Assembly (NCBI GenBank): GCA_008632985.1
Contig: QPGO01000358.1
Location: 1 to 41,461 of the forward strand
Length of the DNA: 41,461 nucleotides
Direction of reading: 5' to 3'
Source of the DNA: Psammoneis japonica
Lineage: Eukaryota
Under the pieces are notes generated by a model. That model was given only the letters and a program-made list of their open reading frames with translations. It searched no databases and was not told the DNA's origin. Shown here one piece after another: positions 23,735-34,215 of the stretch. How positions within the stretch are numbered: position 1 is the first letter of the stretch; every line of letters starts with the position of its first letter. The position numbers and the translations under genes are program-made.

Positions 23735-24427
23735 TCACGACGGAATCAACTCTTCGAAGACGATCTCTCTCAACTCGTCCATTTCATCCGTCTGTTCTCC
23801 CGATATGACGACATGCCATACTCTTCGAAAGCCCTCTTGTTGCTGCTCCGGAAGCTTCCAATCGTGCTTCATGAATCCCATCACCTTGGATGCTTCGTGA
23901 GGCTGAATCGTTGGATGATCTCGTCGAGACTTGCATCGATTCAGACAAATATGCTGTGGCACGTCCAAAATTAGCAAGTCCACGGGGCACTTCAGTTCGC
24001 TGCCGAGTTTCAGAAATGGTTTGCGATGGTCGGGTCCAGCGTGGCACCGATCCACAATGGGGCATCTGCCTCCTTGAATTTCTCGAGTTGCGGCTTTGAT
24101 ACAAGCTTTGCGACTACCGAGATCATCTTGGTTGACCCGTACAAACTTGTGAGGCAACGTCTTTGCTAGTTGGGTAGCCAAGGTAGATTTACCAGAGCCC
24201 GGCAAGCCCATGAGTAACAAGAGAAAAGGAGTCTCGGTCGTTCCATCCATTCCTTTTGGCAGTTGCAAGTTGATTAGCCAGTCGGGTGGAGGAGAGACCT
24301 GATTCTGATTATTCTTCTTCTTTTTCTCGGGACGACGCCGTGTTTGCACATTAGTCCATTCGGAGTCTTGATCATCTTTGGGGTTGCTTTCCGCCATCTC
24401 CGATCCTTCTCTGCCCGACGCTGTCAT
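23735..24427 (-). CDS. P-loop kinase (AAA_33 / polynucleotide-kinase-like)
   Basis: LLLMGLPGSGKST, RVNQDDLGSRKAC, IVDRCH, RCKSRRDHPTI, EGF. Confidence 0.88.
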   Translation of the reverse strand: MTASGREGSEMAESNPKDDQDSEWTNVQTRRRPEKKKKNNQNQVSPPPDWLINLQLPKGMDGTTETPFLLLLMGLPGSGKSTLATQLAKTLPHKFVRVNQDDLGSRKACIKAATREIQGGRCPIVDRCHAGPDHRKPFLKLGSELKCPVDLLILDVPQHICLNRCKSRRDHPTIQPHEASKVMGFMKHDWKLPEQQQEGFRRVWHVVISGEQTDEMDELREIVFEELIPS

Positions 24428-26881
24428 TGTGGGCTTACCTTTTGCCTTCTGTGTTCTGAATTACAGACCTCCCAAGCCGGGAGTGTGTTCTGTGCTCTGG
24501 CGCGGTCAGTGCTCATTGTTCGCGACGCAGCGCAGTGATCAGGAATAATCGGACAAACTCACAGCTATCGCAAAGAGCGAAAGATTGCCAGGGGTGAGAA
24601 AGGTTTACTGTATGTAGGGGTGAGCGTTGGGATGCTTGCAAAGTTTGCTGGAGTCCAGTGGAGTCGTCGTCAAAGCTATCAGTACGGGGTGTGCTACTGG
24701 ACTTCAAAAAGACTGTGAGCAACTATTCGTTTGCACGAGGGACGATGGATAAGCCATTTCGAGCTACAGTGCTACCAGCTACTACCACCACCTTTAAGCA
24801 GCTGTTAACGAATCGTTCGAAAACGGTGGAGACAGGGTAACTCAGTCTCTACTTACTGTGGATAACAAATCAATCGATTGCTTGAAATGAAATGAAATGA
24901 AATGAAATGAATAGAAGTAGGGCCCTGCTAGTTGCTGCAAAGCGGGACTCAAGTTTTAAATCGCGGACTCCCATTCGTGCATCGAGTTCAGTCGTGTGTT
25001 AGCTAGGGCCCTATGACATTGGTCAGTAATAGCTGAGGGAGAGAATCATCGTGCATATTCCATCAATGACACTTCTCCGTTGGTCATGACGTGTTCCGGC
25101 TGGAATCGTCATCACCTCTAAAGAGTTGTTTTTTTTTATGAAGCGGTCAGCCGAGTTGGAAGGTCAATGCACATGCCAAGCCATACCCTAGCTGCCATTG
25201 CCTCGGATGTTCGCGTTCACCTTCTCAAGAAACGATGAACCAGCGGCTTTCGGTTCGTAGCTTCCACTGTGGCTTCTATTTTTTTATGACAGGGAAAGAA
25301 CACGGGATGCAAATCAGGACTTGCGTCTTCCGAGAAAAGGCATTGAATCACATCTCCATCAGGAGTCAGCTGCATGTAAATACGGTCCTCTTCCTCCGCA
25401 TACGAATCGTCTTCGTCAGAATCACCGTCGTCTTCTTCTCCTTCGTCGTCGGCGTAAAAATACGAACTATCCATTTCTTGGTCCATGCTGCTCTGTAATT
25501 CAAAGTCCAAACTGCTTTCTTCCACGCTTGTGGGCGTCCCGTTGAGCTTCTGTATTGGAGATATTGGGCTTGAAGTGACACTGCTATTCAACTCTCTAGA
25601 CGACGACAATTTCGTTGGCGTGGTAGCTTCATTGCGAAGTTTGTCGTTCATTCTCGCCTTTTCCTGTCGAGTCAAAAAGGGGCTGGTAGACACGAGACAA
25701 CGCGCCTTGAGAAGGTTTCTTATGGGAGAAGAACTGCCATCGTTATCGCCATCGCCTTCGTGATGTGGTGAGGGTGTGACAATAAGTGGCGGGGGGTGTA
25801 CCCGACGCTGCTGCGTATGGCGAGGTGTCGTGGGTGAAGCCGTCGCTTGACGAGTTTCCTCGTCCAATGCGATTTCCGTAATCACCGTTGTCCCATAATC
25901 ATTGTGATCGTCTTCCTCTGAAAACACAGGACTAGCCGGCTTGCTAGACCCGCGCTCGACAACCTTGTCGCGAGGTGTCGATGGGAGAGAGCTAGCAGAG
26001 TCGTTGGCTTGCTTTGGGCTCGAGCTCAATGGTCTGCCAGTCAAAACAACACCTTTGTTCTTTGACTGCTTGAGGCTGCTGACGGGACTACACGCTTTAC
26101 TGTTGTTTTCATCCATGAACAGTTCAGAACTCTCTTCACCATGAATGACGAGACTCGTATCCGTGTCGGGTCGACAAAGGGTAACTTCGCCTGTAGCAGA
26201 ATAACAGTGAAGGAAAAGAAGAAGAATGGTGAGCAGTTGGATTCCGATGAAAGACACGACACATTCCTTAGAGAATTCATGCCTCTACCTTCTTCCGTCA
26301 ACTGCAAGCAAAAGCTCGGTTTCGACTCTTCTCGCGACTGCTTTGAGCCTCCCTTTTCTTTTCGCTTTTTCTTCTTCTTTTTTGACTTCTTCTTTGGTCG
26401 CTTCTTCAACGCACCAGCCACGGAGGAACCGATAAACGGCAGCATCTTTTCAATCCCCTTCTTTTCTTTCAATAGTTCGTCATCATGGAAACCCGCTTGC
26501 TGAACAGGACACTTGACGACACTTCCAGCTACAAGTAGAATAAGAAGAAAGACGACTTTTATAAATGTGTTCGCGTTCACAAAACGTCATGTTTGAACAA
26601 AACGATATGTTTTCGAAGAGCTAGTCGTCAAAGTGTGTGTTGTCGTTTTTCTTACCTGGTGTCAATTGTAAGCAGTACTTTTGTGGAAGACTCATTTCTT
26701 CATACGCTCGATCTTCGTCGGGGCTTTCTTCTGCCGAAGTATCAATGGCTAATGGCTGGCTCGAAATGATTTGGGGCGATGATGGTGGCGACATTGTTGA
26801 CACCCGGGTTTGACGTCGAACCGGAGAAGGAGACTGCTCCTCCATACTCGTCTCAAACTCTACAAAGCTGCTATTCTTCAT
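24166..26881 (+). repeat. Copy 1 of ~2.7-kb direct duplication
   Basis: Near-identical to 33963-36608, from CTAGTTGGGTAGCC to GCTATTCTTCAT, with scattered SNPs and small indels. Confidence 0.95.
25217..26881 (-). CDS. Hypothetical 3-exon protein, copy 1 (exons 26881-26656, 26528-26289, 26190-25217); lacks native upstream region and first 5 codons
   Basis: Two phase-1 GT-AG introns keep the frame open. The repeat boundary falls exactly at the second ATG (MKNSSF). Confidence 0.7.
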
Positions 26882-27944
26882 TCGTGTTGGTTGTGATTGG
26901 ATTTGCTCTGCTTGACGACCTTCCAGCCATTGAATCATCGGAGCGCGAAGAAATGAGTATTCCTGTAGCCGATCCAAACATGGAGTTGACTTTGGATCTT
27001 GTATCTGCAGGTTCCCTTGCTCTCGCGGCAGGTGGAGCCTTTTGGGCTGTGAACGACATTGGTGTGGCTTGTCGAGACACGCTACCTATTGCACCGCTCG
27101 TCTATGGCCTTGTGGCGCTCGGTTTCGTGGTTGCCCTCGTCTCCCCCATAATGTCTTCAACAATGTCCATCAATGCGAGTAGCACCAACGACAAAATCAA
27201 GATGGCATTCAATGTGGCTGTATCATTATCGATTCTCGCAGGTAGTGCCTCCGTCATGGCAAATGGACTTGGTATCTATAGTTTCGCATCGGTTGATTGG
27301 CTTAATTTTGGTGCCATTCCTTACGGTCTGTTTGCCACCATCACCGGCGTCAATGGAAGACCCGTGGCTGCGTTTCTAGAGTCTGCATCCAGCAATGGAC
27401 CATGGAGTTACGTTCCAATGTTGTATCAAGTCAATGATCCAGAAACATCCTTGCCCATTATCTTTCCGCACTTTCCTCGGCTCGACTGGACCGTGTGGTT
27501 CGTGCCACTGGGAGGCCGTGAAGTCAATAGTTTGTGGATGGCACGTCTGCTGCATGGGATTTCCATCAAGGACGCTGCTGTTCTACATCTACTGCAAGGC
27601 GGAAATGCAGATTCGACCATGTCTAATAGTGCCGAACCCCACTCGATTGTCCGGCTTGTTTCGCCAGAAACCTACGAAATGTTGGATCCAATGAGTTCTC
27701 ATGGTATTGAAAGCGGAGTTAGAACATGGATGACCAGAACAACGAAAACATGGATTCTGTAGTAGTACTTCAAAGTAGCAATGACGAAGAAGGCCTAAAA
27801 CTAGTTGAGGACCCAGCTCCATGGCCATCGACTCCGATATTACGGACCTTGTCAGACGACGCCGACCGCCCCGAGTATTTTATCTGGGAGTGCCTCTTCG
27901 GTACAGCAATTGCTCGACAAGCCATACGAACGAAGAAAAGATAA
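26882..27944 (+). pseudogene. Lipase maturation factor (LMF) family, 5'-truncated, probable frameshift near 27720
   Basis: ALLDD, PYGLFATITGVNGRP, PHFPRLDWTVWF, W...LL. The N-terminal half is missing; the fragment begins at the repeat boundary. Confidence 0.75.
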
Positions 27945-28052
27945 TCCATAGTAACAAATTGCTTTTGCAGTTCTAGATTCGCTTTGCTTGACGATCCAAT
28001 GAGCAATATGAGTACGCACACCCTGCTTTGCCCTCACCATGGAGCTCCAAAC

Positions 28053-28554
28053 GACTACCCACCCCGCTCCATTCATGACAACTCAGCACTTGTTCAAATG
28101 TCTGGGAGTTACATGTACTTTGGATGCATTCAATACATCAAGGAGCTGAAGAAGGGGGTTCCTTTTTTCGAGTCTTCTCCAATTCTTAATGATATAAGCC
28201 AGCTGCCGACTTGGCATAAAGTTAGCACCGGTCTTCTGAGACTGTATGAAGGAGAAGTTCTGGACAAACGACAGGTGGTGCAGCATTTTGTTTTTGGGCA
28301 AATCTTCAAAGGTGAGTATAATTATTGTCTATATTATGCGTTTGCAAAGTTCCAGAGATCCGCAACCCTGACGTCCGTGGACCTCCTCGCTTTGATACAC
28401 AGCAACTTGGACTCCCTCGGAGCAACCACGATCAGCGCCTTTGCATACATTTAGTGTCGTGCCCGGGGGAGATGAATGTATGGCGCCGTGGGCTACAGAA
28501 GAGTCAAGCGACACTGCACCGCCGACACCGACAAAAGCTCCGTGGGCAAAGTAG
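28053..28554 (+). pseudogene. 3' fragment of PP2A phosphatase activator (PTPA/RRD family), intron 28312-28402
   Basis: PRSIHD...YMYFGCIQYIKELKKGVPFFESSPILNDIS...WHKVSTGLLRLYEGEVLDKRQVVQHFVFG; spliced tail ending TKAPWAK*. No 5' part upstream. Confidence 0.85.
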
Positions 28555-28604
28555 ACACGGAATTACGTACTACAGTAAATAGTACTCTCTATAGTTTCAT
28601 TCTG

Positions 28605-30836
28605 TTACCCGTCGTTGTTATTTTGGATGCAAACTCCTTCCAGTCGCGGCAAGGACGCTGGGTACGACTCACACAACTTTGTGCACACAGCTACCCGACT
28701 ACAGATCTGATTTTCCATCTTGTGAAGGCGACAGCACGCTGGGACTTCCACCAGCTCTCGCGATGGGATAAGAATGGCATTGTAAATACGAATCTGAGTC
28801 CACTGCTGAATCTGCCTTTCGCGAGCAGTATCAAACGTGAAACATACCCATGCATAAAATGGCCGGCCACCGTTGGCACTATTGGTTGTTTGTTGGTCGT
28901 CGTTGCCAATAGAAGAGGTGGTGTCGGGACGATTAGCATCCTCCTTGACGACATGGGTGTGGACAAATGCAAGCACCGTCAACATTTGATACTTGCTGTC
29001 CCACGACACAGGCTTCCCAACAATTGTCACGTCCATGAAAGATCCGGCGCGGTTCCTTGGATCATTCATGTCAAAACGCCGCGACTCATCAAATGGATAG
29101 GTACCACTTCGAAAGCGAATACAGTCACCCTCCACATTTCCACGAATGGAACGCAACAGCGACATCAAGGGACCAGCCTTGATTTTTCTCCTTCGGACAC
29201 TGCGCTTCCTTCTCGGAGTTTCTGAATTAGATATCCCCCCACTGCTACCACCCGAAAAGACTGCGCTGCCTTCACTGTAGCCTTGATTAAGCGGAGTATG
29301 TATCTGGTCACGATCGCTGGGCATTGGCATTTCTACATCATCATGATCCGGGCCAAGAGAGTCGTTGGATGATTTGGAAGCGGAGAGAAAAACGGGTGTG
29401 AAGGATATATCCGCACCTTTTGCCATCGGCTGCCACGCTGTATGCTGCGGTCGCGGACTCTGACTACTTTGAGGTTCAGCGTGTCCGATGATCGACCGAC
29501 CAGTCCGTGGTGTGTGGGAAACCGCATTTCTCGGCGTGTTTGTATGTCTTGCACGAGGTCGGGTGGCTTGCGCAAGTTGTTGAGCACGTAAAAGCTTCGT
29601 TGCACCATTCCGACGACCCTGACGGTTTTCCCCGCTTCGGTCAGCACGAGATGACGACGACTCCCAATACTGTGGTCTACATATCTCCGTGGCAAAGACA
29701 GCACGCCGAGATTTAGTTTCAACTGCACACCATCAGCGCAACAATTCAAAGCGTACGAGTCCTAAACTAACCGTAGTTCATTGATCGATCCCGCACCCAT
29801 TTCTCTATGCTCCTTTCCATCCTTGGACTTGCTTGTTTGAATTGAACTCATTCGTTGTCCTCTGACTGAGCTTCTTTGTTCTTTGGAATGCACTACTGGT
29901 TTCCATCTGTCTTTGTTTCCATGAAAGCGCTCCCTGGTTCTTTCAAGCTCCGCCGTAATGGATCGGCTTTGTTGGTGCTCCTTGGCGTAAAGCAGGCTAG
30001 GCTCCTGAGACCGTGCTGTTTCTTTCCTACTCTCCAGTTTTGATTGAATGAGGCGCTGACGATCAAATTGCTGTTCGATGCGTGCACCCATGGACGATGT
30101 CTCGAACAAAGAAAACGGTGAATAAGATTTGTTGGCGGTTGCTTGATGTTCTGGATTAAAGCCATGCATTTTCCTCGCGTAAAGTGGATTCGTATCAGGT
30201 TCTTTCACCTTTTCTTCGTCGACAGGATCCTGTTCTTTCTTGTTGAGCGACGACTTCTGTCATGGTGTCCGCGTTTGCCACTTGAGAGTCCGGGACTGAG
30301 GAGGAAGCATCGTTAGTTGCATTTACTTCTGGTGTTGGAATTGCTCCCTTAGCGACACACGGTATGTCTGGAGCTTGTTGGTTTTTCAGAAACGACCTCA
30401 CTGAAGCAAAAATATCTTCTTCCTCGTTACCAGAATAATCTTGGGCCTGCGAGTCGTCGTATTGGTTGTGACTCTGACGCGGTATGGGCTGCGCACGTTG
30501 CCGTTTTCTAGCCCGTCGCGGTTGCAATGAAGAAGCAGGCAGATGCTGCTGGGATGCTTGAAAGTTACTGTGGTTGACGTCTTGACTGAGGTTCAATGAC
30601 AACTTTTGTTCGTAGACACTCGTTTCGTTGTTTGTTGAACCGAGTTCCTCCGGATAAACTTGGAAGTTACTGTGGTTGACGTCTTGACTGAGGTTCAATG
30701 ACAACTTACGTTCGTAGACATTCGTTTCGATCTTTGTCGCACCGAGTTCCTCCGGATAAACAACTTCTTCCGCTTCTTCATCAGCCCCATACACGTAGTT
30801 GCGAGGATCAAAGTCATCATAGGGATCGTCCATCAT
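28605..30836 (-). pseudogene. Hypothetical protein gene (intron 29677-29771; frameshift within ~30200-30262), possible C-terminal OB-fold
   Basis: GTTAGT..TGTAG intron joins ELR|PQYWES in frame with the 28605-29426 ORF. The 5' ORF overlaps the next in a different frame. Confidence 0.6.
30562..30760. repeat. In-frame 102-bp (34-aa) tandem duplication
   Basis: YPEELGATKIETNVYERKLSLNLSQDVNHSNFQ / YPEELGSTNNETSVYEQKLSLNLSQDVNHSNFQ. Confidence 0.92.
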
Positions 30837-31065
30837 CTTGCTTGTAGCAATGACAACCGAGATAACACTCTACAGGTGCCATTTGTCGATGTGGGGGTGG
30901 GGGGTGATTTCAGATTGATTACTACTGTAATTATCGATGATCGATCACGATCATGATCGAGACGATTTCAGGTCAGACGGCCGGTCAGTGATGATGTGAT
31001 GTATGTGCGTCAGGGCGGGTAGCGTACTCGTACGTATATTATTGTAGGGGACTAGCAAGCGCGCC

Positions 31066-31448
31066 GGCCGGGTTCGGACAAATTGACCAGGAGTTTATGG
31101 TGGGGGTCGATTTGTCCACTATCGATTTTAAGAACACATAAACATGGGGTGGACAAATCTACGAGGAGTTTATGGTGGGGGTCGATTTGTCCACTATCGA
31201 TTTTAAGAACACATAAACATGGGGTGGACAAATTGACCAGGAGTTTATGGTGGGGGTCGATTTGTCCACTATCGATTTTAAGAACACATAAACATGGGGT
31301 GGACAAATCGACCAGGAGTTTATGGTGGGGGTCGATTTGTCCACTATCGATTTTAAGAACACATAAACATGGGGTCGATTTGTCCACTGTGGAATTTTCT
31401 TAAGTACGAATACACACAAATTCCTGGTCGATTTGTCCGAACCCGGCC
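31066..31448. mobile_element. MITE/foldback-like element with 27-bp TIRs and four internal 75-bp tandem units
   Basis: Left GGCCGGGTTCGGACAAATTGACCAGGA versus right TCCTGGTCGATTTGTCCGAACCCGGCC (1 mismatch). Units start at 31076, 31151, 31226 and 31301. No clean TSD. Confidence 0.8.
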
Positions 31449-31560
31449 AGCCACGCACGTACTTGTACAGTACATAACATTTCGCGCCTTCCATCCAAGC
31501 CAACAGCAATCTTTCGTGCGCTGCGCGAGCGTACCCGGTACAGTAGTTTGCGCTCTCACC

Positions 31561-33129
31561 ATGACGTCGGCTCCCAAGGTTTTCCTGGTTATCGACATGG
31601 CTGGAGGAAGAAGACCTCATCGCCACGGCACATACTATTTTTTGTACCGAGTTGGCGTCGAAATTTGGCCTGTTTGATTCGAGCGTTCGATCTGCGAGTA
31701 TTCCTTTCGAGCGTTTGGCTAAAACTCAAGAACCAGCAGTGTTGTTGTGTGTACCTTGGCACTGCTTCGGAACAAGGTTCACGATTAATATCGGCGTTGG
31801 AGAATGAAACTCCTGTACCTGTGTTGAAAATCAAAGAACCTTCTCACGACGCAGCGTTGGAAATCGCCAAATGGTGTGGGCTTGCGGATGAGCAGGTTCC
31901 ACGGTGTCTACGCGAGTCTCTTGCAAAACGCAAGCAGAGCCGTCTGGTCGATGATGCTCAGCTGCAGACGAAATCTCCTAAGTACGCTCAAGCCATTGCA
32001 AAGGCATACGATAGAAATGATCAAATCACCGGCGACAACATTGCTGGAGCCGGGTTGCCAGAGCGGATGAGGGGAAAGGTTCGTGATCGGTATGCTGGTG
32101 CGGGTGCAATGGCATTGGTGACGACGGACCGCCAATCAGGGTTCGATCGACACTTGGCATCCGTGCCTTACAAGGGAGCAGTGTTGAACTTGACTAGCGC
32201 CTTTTGGTTTGAAAAGACGAAGCACATTATTCCGAACCATCTCGTGGCGGTACCTCATTCCAACGTGAGCATTGTGAAACGGTGCAAGTAAGTTATTTCT
32301 TATTGGCTGGAAACAGTTTTTCATTGCCTACCACTCATTTCTTATCTCTCTTTTCGCATGGCATCAGTCCCTTTCCGATTGAATTTATAGTCCGGTAGGT
32401 TTCCTCATTGCTCGGCTCATCTCGCTTAGGAGTAAAAATCATTGTTGTTCGATTGCAACTCATACTAATGTTCTTACCTCTCTGTAGTTCTTACGTGACG
32501 GGATCCACTTCGACCTCCATCTGGAAGAATTATCAGAATGGAGTGCGGAACTACTGCGGTCATGAGTTGCCAGAGGGTTTGGCGAAGAACGAAAAGCTGT
32601 GGGCGAACCTCCTGACACCCACAACAGAAGAGGAAGACCACGACCGCCCTATTTCTCCAGATGATGTCGTCGCAGAGGGATGGATGACACAAGAAGATTG
32701 GGATGTTTGCGCGTCAGCCGCTCTAGAGGTATTCACTCTCGGACAAGAAGTAGCTTCAGACCACGGTTTGATTCTCGTCGACACCAATACGAGTTTGGGA
32801 AAGACGAAAGTACTGGTGAGATCTTACTGATTGATGAGGTACACACACCGGATTCATCGCGGTATTGGCTAGCCAGTACATACGAACAACGTATGAGCGA
32901 GGGAAAGGAGCCGGATAATATCGACAAGGAATTTTTGCGGTTGTGGTTTCGAGACCATTGCAACCCATATGAGGACGAGACTCTGCCTGAAGCACCGCGT
33001 GAATTAGTTCTCGAGTTGTCAAGAAGATACATTTTACTGTATCAGTTGATAACATGGGAAGATTTTGATTTCGATGGTGTAACTGGGGAAGAGGATATCG
33101 CGAAAGCCAATCAAGATTATATTATGTGA
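31561..33129 (+). pseudogene. purC: SAICAR synthetase with N-terminal extension, frameshifted; introns 32288-32367 and 32395-32487
   Basis: RGKVRDRY, TTDRQSGFDR, spliced KRCN|PFPIEFIVR|SYVTGSTSTS, LLIDEVHTPDSSRYW, DKEFLRLW. 1-bp deletion in DTKYEFG at ~32787, conserved TPTTK reads TPTTE, two apparent frame changes near 31600 and 31745. Confidence 0.88.
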
Positions 33130-33295
33130 TTTGCTTGGTTTTCTGCCGCAAATCCAACTTTCATATTAAATTTGATTATGCGTCGACCTTTCCATGTCTC
33201 TGCATCCACAACTTCTTAATTATCCATTTCTCTAGACATACGAACTGCGCCTTCTGGTGACGCTGTTGAGCTTAGGGCAAAACAAATTGCAGATA

Positions 33296-33962
33296 TCAAA
33301 TACCCTCCCACAACTCCTGTAGAGAGAAGATCTGACAAAGCGGCAGAAGAATCAGTATCAGATCATGTTGCCTGGCCGTAAAGAAATCCAAGTAAACTTG
33401 GGTGCTAAATTTCCAATCGCTCCAGCAAGAGTAAAAAGACCTTGTGCAGTCCCACCGATGGTGTCGATTGCAGGACATTGATGGTAGGACCAAACCATAC
33501 CTCCGCGACGAGGTACTCTGCTGCTAACCAGATCATAGCGGTTTGAAACGATTCTACCGAATGAATTGACATGTACCAAGCTGGAGCGGCCAAGATGGAC
33601 CCAACGACTGGGATCCACAACTTCTTTCCGGTGGGATCATTGCTATCGTCCGTAGCAGATGACACCCAGTCAGCCGCGACTCCTCCCGGCAAACCGCTAG
33701 TTATCCCGAAAGCAAGAGTGATGAAAGCTTGGGCAAATGCATAGTCGGACTCGTTGTCTGGAAACATCATTCGATAACTACCAAACCCCGATACAAAGAC
33801 CGGAGCAAAAGCAAAAAAACTTGGTAGAAACAGCCACTTGACCCTCGGCGATTCCATGACAGCCAGTACCTCATCAATAACAGATGACGAGGCCTTTTCT
33901 TGTTGAACCGTTTTCTCGTCGTTCTCTTCCGTGACCTTTGGGTCATTCGGCAGTCGCGGACA
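33296..33962 (-). pseudogene. C-terminal half of an MFS (spinster-like) transporter, 5'-truncated and frameshifted
   Basis: TM segments GLPGGVAADW, EYLVAEVWFGPTINVLQST, then GGTAQGLFTLAGAIGNLAP in another frame. Cut at the repeat boundary 33962. Confidence 0.75.
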
Positions 33963-34215
33963 CTAGTTGGGTAGCCAAGGTAGATTTACCAGAGCCCGGC
34001 AAGCCCATGAGTAACAAGAGAAAAGGAGCCTCGGTCGTTCCATCTGTTCCTTTTGGCAGTTGCAAGTTGATTAGCCAGCCGGGTGGAGGAGAGTCCTGAT
34101 TCTTCTTCTTTTTCTCGGGACGACGCCGTGTTTGCACATTAGTCCATTCGGAGTCTTGATCATCTTTGGGGTTGCTTTCCGCCATCTCCGATCCTTCTCT
34201 GCCCGACGCTGTCAT
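33943..34215 (-). pseudogene. Truncated duplicate of the P-loop kinase (ends just after Walker A)
   Basis: MTASGREG...GLPGSGKSTLATQL, then foreign VSATAE*. Confidence 0.85.

Noticed and set aside
24884..24912. (GAAAT)n as a telomeric or centromeric repeat
   Set aside because: Only 4-5 units; an ordinary microsatellite.
26041..26580. 179-aa and 346-aa ORFs (and their duplicates) as separate secreted proteins
   Set aside because: Their hydrophobic N-termini are intron polypyrimidine tracts; they are exons 2 and 3 of one spliced gene.
31076..31390. CRISPR-like array with palindromic repeats
   Set aside because: The sequences between repeats are identical rather than unique spacers, there are no cas genes, and the context is eukaryotic. 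ORFs across it are repeat artefacts.
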